A DNA stretch of 64,000 bases from a virus. Its lineage: Duplodnaviria; Caudoviricetes. The stretch spans positions 32,001 to 96,000 of IMG/VR virus record IMGVR_UViG_3300001598_000001, one strand, 5' to 3'. This document shows, in pieces, positions 34,401 through 43,440 of the stretch. Position 1 is the stretch's first letter. Every line of letters starts with the position of its first letter. The notes under the pieces are model-generated. The model ran no database searches. It was given only the letters and a program-made list of their open reading frames with translations, and was not told the DNA's origin. The translations under genes were made by a program, and so were the position numbers.

Positions 34401-35384
34401 ATGGCAAAATATTTTTTAGGTTCTGTTGGTAAAGCAGAAGCTTTCCGTTTTAATGGTGAATCATTAGAATTAGCTTTTGTCTCTAAAACTTTAACAGATT
34501 CAGGTTTAAATATTTCTACAACCAAAGACGATATCCGTGGTGGAGAAGGTGCTCCTATTCAATTCAGCTTCTACCATGATCCAAATGTTGAAATTACATT
34601 AACAGATATTCAATGGAAGAAAGAATATTTAACAGCACAATTAGGTGCCAAATTTGATAAGGAAAGAGTTTCTTATCAAACTAAAGAAATTACTCTTAAC
34701 GCAGCAGGAAAAATTACTGTTGCAGAAGCAAAACCATTACCTATCTCTTGTGGAGATAGCGACATTGCTGCTTTATGGGCTGCTAAAGCAGGTACTGAAG
34801 ATTGGTTTATTGTTGATCCAGAAGAAGACTACGCTGTAGGAAAATACTGTGTACGTTATTTAGGAGATGACGACAGAGCAGAAGTTGCTGAAATTACTTC
34901 AACAATCATTCCTGAAGAATTATTCTTAATCATCACTGCTCCTATTTTTGCTGGTGATGCTTGTGCTGCTTCTAACGGAAGAGCTGCTGGACACATCACA
35001 TTTGAAGTTCCAAGATTCTTATTAAATGGTGGACAAGAATTCTCAATGAACATGAGTTCTAATCAAACTATGTCATTAGCAGGTATTGCCTTAGCCTCTG
35101 AATCTGCAGAATGTGAAGCTAACGGTGGTAAATTATTAAGAGTTATCGAAGTTATTTACGATCGTAAATATTCTGATGGTGTTGAACAAATCATGGCTGA
35201 CCCAGATTGTTTACACGAAGGATATGTTCCAGAAATTTATGGTATTAAGAAAGATGGTAGTGTTACTAAGATGGATAACAAAGATTTAACTTTCACTCCA
35301 GCTTTAACTAGTGGTAAATTTGCTACAGGAAACTATACTATTGCTTTCGGATTAGTTGATTCTATTCAAGTTACTGTTGAATAA
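34401..35384 (+). CDS. Major tail tube protein
   Basis: 327 aa; SKTLTDSGLNIST..DIRGG..FYHD pattern; strong RBS; no TGA. Confidence 0.7.
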   Translation: MAKYFLGSVGKAEAFRFNGESLELAFVSKTLTDSGLNISTTKDDIRGGEGAPIQFSFYHDPNVEITLTDIQWKKEYLTAQLGAKFDKERVSYQTKEITLNAAGKITVAEAKPLPISCGDSDIAALWAAKAGTEDWFIVDPEEDYAVGKYCVRYLGDDDRAEVAEITSTIIPEELFLIITAPIFAGDACAASNGRAAGHITFEVPRFLLNGGQEFSMNMSSNQTMSLAGIALASESAECEANGGKLLRVIEVIYDRKYSDGVEQIMADPDCLHEGYVPEIYGIKKDGSVTKMDNKDLTFTPALTSGKFATGNYTIAFGLVDSIQVTVE

Positions 35385-35404
35385 ATAAATTAGGATAGTT
35401 ACTT

Positions 35405-35554
35405 ATGTGTAAATATGTTCAAGGTAACGGTACAACATGATATACATGCTCTTTATTTAAAAAGAAGTGCAAATATCAACAATATTGTACTGTAAAACAC
35501 CAATATGTATTAGACAAGTGTAAGAACTGTCCCGCTTATAAACCTAATAAATAA
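35405..35554 (+). CDS. Small Cys-rich protein (TGA=Trp)
   Basis: MCKYVQGNGTT[W]YTCSLFKKKCKYQQYC...CKNCPAY, 49 aa. Confidence 0.55.
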
Positions 35555-35559
35555 ACGTT

Positions 35560-35596
35560 TGGGCTTGGGTATATCCCAAGCTCATTTGTTTATTTT
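35560..35596 (+). terminator. Intrinsic terminator
   Basis: tgggcttggg-tatat-cccaagctca followed by a T-rich tail. Confidence 0.65.
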
Positions 35597-35663
35597 CTAC
35601 ACAAGGTTATCAAGCGAGTTAAATAATTTTGTGTAGAAAGTAAATAAATAGGAGGAAACTATA

Positions 35664-36038
35664 ATGTTTATATTATCAATAGAGAACATTTCAAATATTT
35701 GCACTTTAATTGGTTTAATTGTTGGTTTAGTTGGTGCTATTGCTGCATTAATTCCAACACTTATTAAACTTGGTAAAGCATTAAAAGAAATTATTAACGA
35801 TAAAAATTGGACTAAGATTAAAGAAATTGCAGATGCTGCAATGAAAGTTGCAGAAGAAACTGGCGCTAGCGGAGCTGATAAATTAACTATGGTTATTGCT
35901 TCTGTTAAAGCAGGTTGCGAAAAATGTGATATTATATTAGATGAAAATTTAGTAAATAATTTAATCACTTATATTAATAATACTATTGCATGGTTTAATA
36001 GTATGAAAGAAATTACAGAACAAACAGAAGGAGAATAA
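35664..36038 (+). CDS. Holin, LL-H family-like
   Basis: One N-terminal TM helix, then A..AM..AE..G.SGADK. Confidence 0.65.
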   Translation: MFILSIENISNICTLIGLIVGLVGAIAALIPTLIKLGKALKEIINDKNWTKIKEIADAAMKVAEETGASGADKLTMVIASVKAGCEKCDIILDENLVNNLITYINNTIAWFNSMKEITEQTEGE

Positions 36039-36043
36039 CTATT

Positions 36044-36328
36044 ATGACATTAGCAGAATTGTTAAAAAAACAAAAACTATATGAGGATCAACACAAAGAA
36101 AAAAAGCCTATTAAGGAACCAAAAAAGAAAATAGAGCCAAAAGTTGAAGAAAAACCAATAGATATAGAGGAAAGTAAAAAGGAAGAAGAAAAAAATATAG
36201 ATGATAAACCTGTGAAAAAGGAACCAAAAAAGAAAGTTGAAAAACCTGAATCACGTGTTTATATGGTAACAGAAGATATTGATCACGTTAATGAAGAAAA
36301 AGTAGAAGAAGATCACTTTGAATTTTAG
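36044..36328 (+). CDS. Lys/Glu-rich low-complexity protein
   Basis: 94 aa, GGAG RBS, duplicated KP.KEPKKK.E. Confidence 0.6.
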   Translation: MTLAELLKKQKLYEDQHKEKKPIKEPKKKIEPKVEEKPIDIEESKKEEEKNIDDKPVKKEPKKKVEKPESRVYMVTEDIDHVNEEKVEEDHFEF

Positions 36329-36337
36329 TTTACCATT

Positions 36338-36370
36338 TCCTCTCGCCTAAGGGCGGGAGGATTTTTATTT
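36338..36370 (+). terminator. Intrinsic terminator
   Basis: tcctctcgcc-taag-ggcgggagga followed by a T run. Confidence 0.65.
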
Positions 36371-36389
36371 ATTACAGGAGGGCGATTTT

Positions 36390-37334
36390 ATGGATAAAAT
36401 CAGAGAAAATAAAGCTGCTGATGAACTTGTAACTATTATTCGTGAAATCGTTCAAGAGCAGTTAAATCAAAAAGATACAACCGTATTAGGCGAGGTTATT
36501 CAAAACAAAGGCAATAATCATGTCGATGTCTATATTTATCCTGATCGTGAGACAGTGGTACATAATATATTAAATAGTAGTGGATATAATTTATTACCAG
36601 GAGATTTTGTTCATATTTATAAGGTTGGAAATCAAATTTCAAAAGCTTTTATTATTAGTAAAATTGTTCCATATACTGGTATTATTAATAACACAATTAA
36701 TCCAGTTGGAAACTCTAATACTGTTATATCTATAACTTCTGATTATTGGATTAGTTGAGAGAACAATCAATGGATGTTAAATATATCTCCAAAATTAATT
36801 AATAATATAACTAATTCTACTAATGTAGAATTTGGTATTATTCGTTATTTGACATCACAAACACACCAAGGTAACAAATATCGTAATTATAATAAAAAAG
36901 GTTATACTAAAACCAAAATAATTAATTTTGTTAGTAATCAAAAACAGACACGTCCACGTGCTCAAGATTGGGTTGGCGGGACCTTTAAGAACATTGTTAT
37001 AGATGTTGTATCAGGAATATATAAACTGAATATTACTGATTATATTAATAATTTAATTTATTATGATATAGGCAGTACTCGTAAAAGATCTTGGATTAAT
37101 AAGAATTCACGTGCGCGATATAATACTTATTTAAAACAGGGATATTGATATCGTAAATATGGATTTTGATTTAAAATTAACAATGGTAGAGAATATGTTG
37201 AAAATCAAAAAATTTTTGAAATTAGAAATTTTGATCAAAAAGTATTAAAACATATAACTGATTATGATAATTATATAATCGAGAATAATAATAATCTTGA
37301 ACAAAATATAATTATCAAATTGATTAAAAGATAA
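36390..37334 (+). CDS. Hypothetical protein with N-terminal OB-like domain (TGA=Trp)
   Basis: ORFs 36390 and 36774 are in frame; 314 aa to TAA. Confidence 0.6.
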
Positions 37335-37474
37335 TTATTAAAGAAAGAATATTTTGTAAGCGCGCCAGGCGTCGGCCAGTAGTAGTCATTTTTGTTTTCA
37401 CACATGAGGGGTGGGGTTTAAATTATATTCTTTCTTAATATTATTATATATGAAATAAAAGGAGCATTTTATTT

Positions 37475-38152
37475 ATGGAGATTAAATTTAAAAAAAATAT
37501 TGATCAATATAAATATTTAGTTATGTTTGATTTAGCCAGTAAAATTACTGGTGTCTGTTTATGAGATATTCAAAATCATAAACCTATAGAAACACAAATA
37601 TTAAAAGTTACAGGAAAATACGAATTACCTGTTGCAGAATTATTTGAATTAATTCATAATTATTTTGGTTATTTACAACACGAATATCATATTGATTTAA
37701 AAGATGTTCTTGTTGGAAAAGAAGCTATGCCAAGTCAATTGCATGGCGGATCATCTACTGTACAAACATTTATTGCACTTTCACGTAGTCACAGTATTTT
37801 AGATAATTATTTATATCAACATAATATTGATTGTTATGATTATAAAGGTGTCGCTCCAATTACAACACATGCTTATTATAAGCAACTAGCAAATCTTGAT
37901 AGTAAAGCTAAAGTAGATAAAGAAATGATTAGACAATATTTGTATAATTTATATAATTTGACTACAATTACATTAGATGAATCAGATGCTATATTTTTAG
38001 CGAAGACTTTATTAGAAGTTAAATGAAATCGAGATTTAGACGAAGCAATTCGCGAAGAAAAAAGACACCGTAAAACATTAAAAGCGGCTCATGCGATTAA
38101 TTTATCAGAAGAAGAAATAAAACGTCTTAAATCGCTTAAAAATGCGTTTTAA
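37475..38152 (+). CDS. RuvC-like Holliday junction resolvase (TGA=Trp)
   Basis: MFDLASKITGVCL[W], GKE, DK..I, DESDA; 225 aa. Confidence 0.75.
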
Positions 38153-38183
38153 GAGCATATTATAATTTACAGGAGGCCAGTTT

Positions 38184-39191
38184 ATGGGACGTAGTACAGT
38201 ATATAATGATAATTTGACTCAAAATTGGTCAAATGTATCACAACAAAATAAAAGATTAGTTAAAGACTTTTTACAATATTGTAAATCCAATGATAAAAGT
38301 CCACAAACTCTTCATCAATATGAAGAGTGACTTAAAGTTTTCTTTTGTTGAAATTTTCAAGAAAACGAAGATAAATTTTTTATTGATTTAAAAAAGAGAG
38401 ATTTTGTTTATTATTTTGGATGATGTAGAGAGTTAGGAATGAGTGCAAATCGTATTGCCGCACTTAAGTCTGTTCTTAGTAGTTTATCATCTGAAATTGA
38501 ATTATTATATGAAGATTTATATCCTAATTTTCATAATCAACTTAGAGGATTAGAACCTGTACATATTACTACTGTTCGTGAAAAAACAGTTTTATCAACA
38601 GAAGAAATTAATAACATTCTACAAACATTGGTAGAAAAGAAAGAATATCAATTAGCTTGTTATTTAGCATTGTTGTGTGCTTCTGGTGCTCGAAAAGCAG
38701 AAATGCTACAAATGCGACCTGATTTTTTCACTGAAAGCCACGAAGTTTTCGATGGATATATGTATTGCACTCCACCTATTAGATCTAAAGGAAGGGGAAA
38801 ACAAGGAAAAATTATTAAAAAATATGTGATTAAAGAATTTTTTAAACCTTTTTTTGATTTATGAATGGAAGAACGTGAAAAAGAAAATATTACATTGTCG
38901 AATTTATTTGTAACTAAAAAAGATGGTCAATACGTGGAAGCTACCACATCAACAGCTAATAGTTTTGCTGCAAAAATTTCGAAAATGTTTAATATAGATT
39001 ATTATAACCACTCTGGTAGACATTATTTTTGTACATTATTAAAATCAATGAATTTACCAGATGATGTTATAGTACAAATTTTTAGTTGAAGTGACGGATC
39101 CATGGTTAAAATTTATGATGATACGCCAGTCGAAGAAAAATTAAATAAATTTTTTATGCAATTTAAAAAGGAAGAAATAAAAGGAGAATAG
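38184..39191 (+). CDS. Tyrosine recombinase (YomM-like), TGA=Trp
   Basis: 335 aa. SGARKAE, RSKG, HSGRH, IFS[W=TGA]SDGSMVKIY give an R-K-H-R-W-Y catalytic set. Confidence 0.85.
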
Positions 39192-39193
39192 AT

Positions 39194-39832
39194 ATGGAAG
39201 AAAAAATTTTATTATCAGAGATATTATCTTTAGCTGTTCAAATGAGAACCAATCCTTCTGATGAAACAGCTAAACAATTAGATTCTATTATTAATAAGTT
39301 AATAGTACGTACATACATACCTACCGCTAGCAAAGGGACAATAGCTGCTGCGATTATTGATTTAGTTGTTACACAACCTGAGCTTGATGCTATTACTGGA
39401 AGTATGCAATTATATATTGGTAAATATTTTTATGGAATTCTAGGTTATTTAGTTAATTGTGAAGACGATGTTAGTGTAAAACCAATTACTACAGGTGTAG
39501 TTGATAATATGTTTTCTTCTGGTTTAATTGATTATGTTTTAAGATTTTGTAATAATGATTTCCAAAAACTAGAACATATGATTGATGATTGTATGAATTT
39601 TAATAATATATTACGATTATTAGAATCTTGTTCTTATTTTAATAATGATAATTTAAATAAATATGAACAATTAATAAAGGATTTCCAAGAAACATTAACA
39701 GAACCTAAATTAAAATATTTAAATGATTTATTTATTAATCAATCAGATGATTTTAAGCAATTAAAGCAGTTATTAAGTGAAACTGCAATGGATAGAGTAA
39801 ATAATATTGAATTAGATTCTGTTAAAAAATAA
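39194..39832 (+). CDS. Hypothetical protein (possible tail assembly chaperone)
   Basis: 212-aa helical ORF, AAGGAG RBS. Confidence 0.55.
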   Translation: MEEKILLSEILSLAVQMRTNPSDETAKQLDSIINKLIVRTYIPTASKGTIAAAIIDLVVTQPELDAITGSMQLYIGKYFYGILGYLVNCEDDVSVKPITTGVVDNMFSSGLIDYVLRFCNNDFQKLEHMIDDCMNFNNILRLLESCSYFNNDNLNKYEQLIKDFQETLTEPKLKYLNDLFINQSDDFKQLKQLLSETAMDRVNNIELDSVKK

Positions 39833-39855
39833 AATATAATTTAAGGAGATTTTAT

Positions 39856-40173
39856 ATGATTTACCTCGGACCAATACAAAATTATGCTCCGAAAAAAGCG
39901 AAATATATTAGTTATCTATCACGTAAAATGGTAGATTCTTATGCGCAATTAAAATATGAAGTTTATCAAAATAAAAATAATACGCAGATTAAAGAATTTG
40001 TAATTATTTGGTTTTGAGTTGACGACGGAGTATATTATTCTCATGTAATTCAATGAAACGAAAAGCATAATCATTGTATTAAGCACAAAGTTCATGAAAT
40101 TATAACTGGAACAAATGATAATGATGAAAAAATATACGCATTTGTTAAAAGGAATTGAAAGAAGATTTGGTAA
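39856..40173 (+). CDS. Hypothetical protein (TGA=Trp)
   Basis: 105 aa with 3 TGA, AAGGAG RBS, TAA stop. Confidence 0.55.
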
Positions 40174-40220
40174 AAAAAGGTAAAAACAAACAAGAAGGAA
40201 AACTTGTAAAAACCATTTAT

Positions 40221-40294
40221 GTTGATTTAATTTAATGGAAGAATAGTTGTTCAGTAAACAATGCACATTGGTTCGATTCCAATAATCAACGCCA
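40221..40294 (+). tRNA. Atypical tRNA, anticodon AGT (Thr by anticodon; identity uncertain)
   Basis: GTTGATT/AATCAAC acceptor, ATTGG-TTCGATT-CCAAT T arm, GTTGT-TCAGTAA-ACAAT anticodon arm, G-CCA end; C at position 33. Confidence 0.65.
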
Positions 40295-40311
40295 TTATAA
40301 AAAAAATACAC

Positions 40312-40340
40312 TTGACAGTTTTTTAATTACCCAATATAAT
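40312..40340 (+). promoter_or_regulatory. Consensus sigma70 promoter of the tRNA(UCA)/ncRNA operon
   Basis: TTGACA-17 nt-TATAAT with ACCCAA before the -10. Confidence 0.8.
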
Positions 40341-40547
40341 ATTAATGTAACCGTTAAAAGGTTAAAATATTTATCAATACTTTTACTTATCGAAATGAGT
40401 TTGATCAACTATGTTAATTGATAAGAGAGAACGCTGTAGAGTTGACACTACACTGGTATGAAAATTCGTATCAGATAAAAACAGAGGTTCGGATATGAGA
40501 AGAGTAATTATCTTCCTAAAAGATTAGTTCAAAGATAAATATTATAT

Positions 40548-40642
40548 AGGGGCTTAGTGTAGTGGTAGCACACGAGACTTCAAATCTCGGGTAACAGCGT
40601 CCAAAGCTGCGGGTGTGGGTTCGATTCCTACAGCCCCTGCCA
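40548..40642 (+). tRNA. Opal-decoding tRNA-Trp(UCA) with a 25-nt variable region
   Basis: AGGGGCT/AGCCCCT-G-CCA acceptor (Trp-like), GTGT/GCAC D stem, CGAGA-CTTCAAA-TCTCG anticodon arm, GTGGG-TTCGATT-CCTAC T arm. Confidence 0.9.
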
Positions 40643-40650
40643 TATATTTA

Positions 40651-41183
40651 AACAGTATAAATTTAAATATATTAGATCTCGGTGTAAACCAGACAATCTG
40701 GCCGAGAGTTACAAAGTAATGGATAGGTTTAGAGGATACCCTAAACTGAAAACCAAGATTATTATAGTGATATAATATGAGAAGATACCAACTAGTATCA
40801 ACAACGGGTAACGTGCTAATATAATATCGGAGATAAAACCTAAATCCAACGCTCTCGTAATAACTCGTCCATATGCTCATACCAGGTGGTGCTGATGGTC
40901 AACATATGGAAAAACCAACAAGAGAGAATGCCTTGATGTCTAGTAAGTAGACTATAAGTTGGGATAAGGACAAGTAGCTGAATGGCGGTTCGTATGAAAA
41001 AGTACATATTTCAAAATCTGAAAGTCGGTGAAAGTTAGAGGTACCCAGTCCTCTCGATGGTAAAAAGGGCAAGAAGCTTTATGGTCGCAACTTAAAGCTC
41101 AGACTTGTTCTATTCGTAGTTTAACAATCAGATATTATAAGTGGTAAGACGAAGGTCTCTAATACATTTAAATTTATACTGTT
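40651..41183 (+). ncRNA. Large structured ncRNA, ROOL-like
   Basis: ~530 nt closed by a 26-bp near-perfect terminal stem; many internal hairpins; no credible ORF; tRNA-adjacent. Segments resemble ROOL from memory only. Confidence 0.65.
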
Positions 41184-41202
41184 AAAGAGCAGTTTAAGAT
41201 AT

Positions 41203-41272
41203 GGTTTTGGCAGGATTCAGTTAAGACATCTGCAGTAAATCTTAATGGTTGGTTCAACTCCAACAAAAACCA
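41203..41272 (+). tRNA. D-armless tRNA-like element
   Basis: GGTTTT/AAAACC acceptor, perfect GTTGG-TTCAACT-CCAAC T arm, TTAAGA/TCTTAA stem with 13-nt loop; no D stem, no encoded CCA. Confidence 0.45.
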
Positions 41273-41339
41273 CTTATTCGGGTTCGGGATATGTCCATAA
41301 GCATATCAGCTCGTTAGTCCTAAGGAGAAAAACAAAGTT

Positions 41340-41606
41340 ATGGATGAAAACAAAATTTTAACAGCAGTTGAAGCTCGTACATTAGTACAAAAATCAACAA
41401 CATTAAGAAATCGTATTTACAAGTTTATTAATGAAGAAGCTCGTGAAGGTAGAACAACTCTTGAATATGGTCTTACTTATGAAGATTTTAATTTAAGACA
41501 AAGTTTAATCGCAGATTTAAGATCTAATGGTTACACTGTAGATTTAATTATTGAAGAACCATTTGATAGCGGTTTTGCTATGATGAAAATTTCTTGGGCA
41601 GAATAA
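41340..41606 (+). CDS. Hypothetical protein
   Basis: 88 aa, AAGGAG RBS. Confidence 0.7.
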   Translation: MDENKILTAVEARTLVQKSTTLRNRIYKFINEEAREGRTTLEYGLTYEDFNLRQSLIADLRSNGYTVDLIIEEPFDSGFAMMKISWAE

Positions 41607-41679
41607 TAAATAATAGTAATAAATATCGACAAGATCTCTAAGATGAGATCTTGTTTTTATATCTAAGGAGGTAATTCTT

Positions 41680-42891
41680 ATGAGTAAAAAAATTAAATTA
41701 AATGAAATGAAAAATGTGGATCGTAAATTAGAAACTCCACTATTTGGAAGAAATGCTTATGTGCAATTATCTCCAATATCACAATTTCTATATGATATTA
41801 CAATTGATTGTGTAGATTATGATTATGCTAATAATTATTTTAAGCAACGTCAGGTTCCAATCAATAATAGTGGTTGTAGTGTAGTTTGTACCGATAATTT
41901 TACTGGCAGAGATTTAGATTGGTTTTACAATTGAGATTGTGAATTTTGGGTTCACACACCAGCATGTGATGGACGTTATGCCTCAAATGGTACAGCTAGT
42001 TCTGTTCCTGGTCTTACTAAACAAATGGTAGAAAGCGGGCAATATTTATCTGCTTACAATATTTTACCATTTTTTATGGTAGATGGTATTAATGAATATG
42101 GTGTTTATTGTAGTACTAATGTTGTTCCTGAAGAAAAAGGTAATACTACTATAACTATACCTACTGAATCAAAGACAGCAGAAATTTCTATGAATATGGT
42201 AGTACGTTATGTTTTAGATCATTATAAAACCGCTCAAGAAGCTGTTGAAGATTTACAAAAACATATAGCAATTTATAAAACCACTGGTTTAAAAAAAGTT
42301 GGATATGATGCTCATTATGAAATTCGTGATACACAACATAAATATGTAGTAGAAATTATTGATAATCAAGTTCAATATCAAGAACAACCTTATATTACTA
42401 ATTTTCATTGTATAGGTGTTACTACTAATAGTGATGGAAAAGTTTACACTCCAGCCACTCAAGATGATAGTCACAATGCATATATTACTAATCATATTAC
42501 CAAGCACGGTAGTGGACTAGAAAGATGAAATGTAATAGTTGATAATTACAATACAGCGGATAATAAAGAAAACATGGTTGCTTTAATGAAAGATTCTCTT
42601 AATTATAAAAAAGCATATAGTACTTTTGAAGAAGTATCTGACCCATTTTGGAATACAGAATTTGTAGGGGTTAACTCTCATGGAGATTTATGTGTAGATA
42701 GTCCAGAGGCTGATTATGATTATATTAAACAATACACTGGACAGTTGTTTATTAATAGAAATAGAAATCAAGATAAAATTGGTACTTGACATACCACTCA
42801 CACTTGTATTTATGATCACATAGAACATAAAACATATTTTTATGATTCTAGCGAAGATGGTGTTGAACATATAATTACTTGAGATTTTTAA
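41680..42891 (+). CDS. Ntn-fold linear amide C-N hydrolase (choloylglycine hydrolase / acid ceramidase-like), TGA=Trp
   Basis: 403 aa. G|CS nucleophile site, GRDLDW, DGINEYG, AHY.I.D, TNF, GLER. Confidence 0.75.
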
Positions 42892-42907
42892 AATTTTCCA
42901 TTATAAT
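42879..42907 (+). promoter_or_regulatory. Sigma70-type promoter for the second RNA cluster
   Basis: TTGAGA-17 nt-TATAAT with TCCAT before the -10. Confidence 0.55.
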
Positions 42908-43168
42908 AATATTAGATAAAAATAGGTGAAAACATACATAACTTAACAATAGACCCTATAATAGTATAAGATGGTAAGAGGCTTGTACTGATAGTTATGA
43001 CGAAAGTATAATTCAAGATGGAGATTAGATCCTCGTTCAATTATATCACATCGGTGAAAAGGGTTTCCCTATATTAGGTAGACAAACACCGTAAGAAACA
43101 TCTATTATTTGGTGAACTGTTGAAGGTTTTAAATGTAAGTTAGGTTGACGTGCTTACAGCCAAATCAT

Positions 43169-43241
43169 GGGGATGCGTAGATCGTCTGTTATATTCATGT
43201 ATAACAAAAACAAGAGGGGCAGCTCCTCTTCATCTCCACCA
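43169..43241 (+). ncRNA. tmRNA tRNA-like-domain mimic lacking the mRNA domain
   Basis: GGGGATG/CATCTCC-ACCA acceptor with G3.U70, no D stem, one 7-bp hairpin, T arm AGAGG-GGCAGCT-CCTCT. Confidence 0.6.
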
Positions 43242-43440
43242 AAAAGCTGACCGACAAAAGTCATTAAACTGCTCCATACATACTTTCATGCGATGGTTAA
43301 TTGAGAAGAGAAAGCGAAGTTAGAAGATTAAAATATCATTCTTCAAATTAGGTACTTTGGATAATTAAAAGCCTATATTTCATTATATGTAATAAAAATA
43401 GGATTTTATTACAATCATTAATCAACAGGAGGATTTAACA

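Noticed and set aside
37366-37400. ZTP riboswitch on the minus strand (GCCGACGCCTGG resembles its 3' element)
   Set aside because: The 5' aptamer half is not evident and there is no suitable downstream gene on that strand
38184-39191. Integrase marking a prophage boundary
   Set aside because: Phage genes continue on both sides and no att site or host genes are seen; the position matches the tail-module recombinase of SPbeta-like phages
40548-40642. tRNA-Sec (UCA anticodon plus long arm)
   Set aside because: It has a 7-bp acceptor, 4-bp D stem and Trp-type acceptor sequence rather than the 8/5 Sec fold; TGAs fall at Trp positions; no sel genes are seen
42985-43015. Hammerhead ribozyme (CTGATAG...GAAA)
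   Set aside because: The core is not CUGANGA and the GAAA is a hairpin tetraloop
42915-43435. Full-length or permuted two-piece tmRNA
   Set aside because: The 5' and 3' acceptor strands are only 73 nt apart in normal order, and I could not identify a tag ORF
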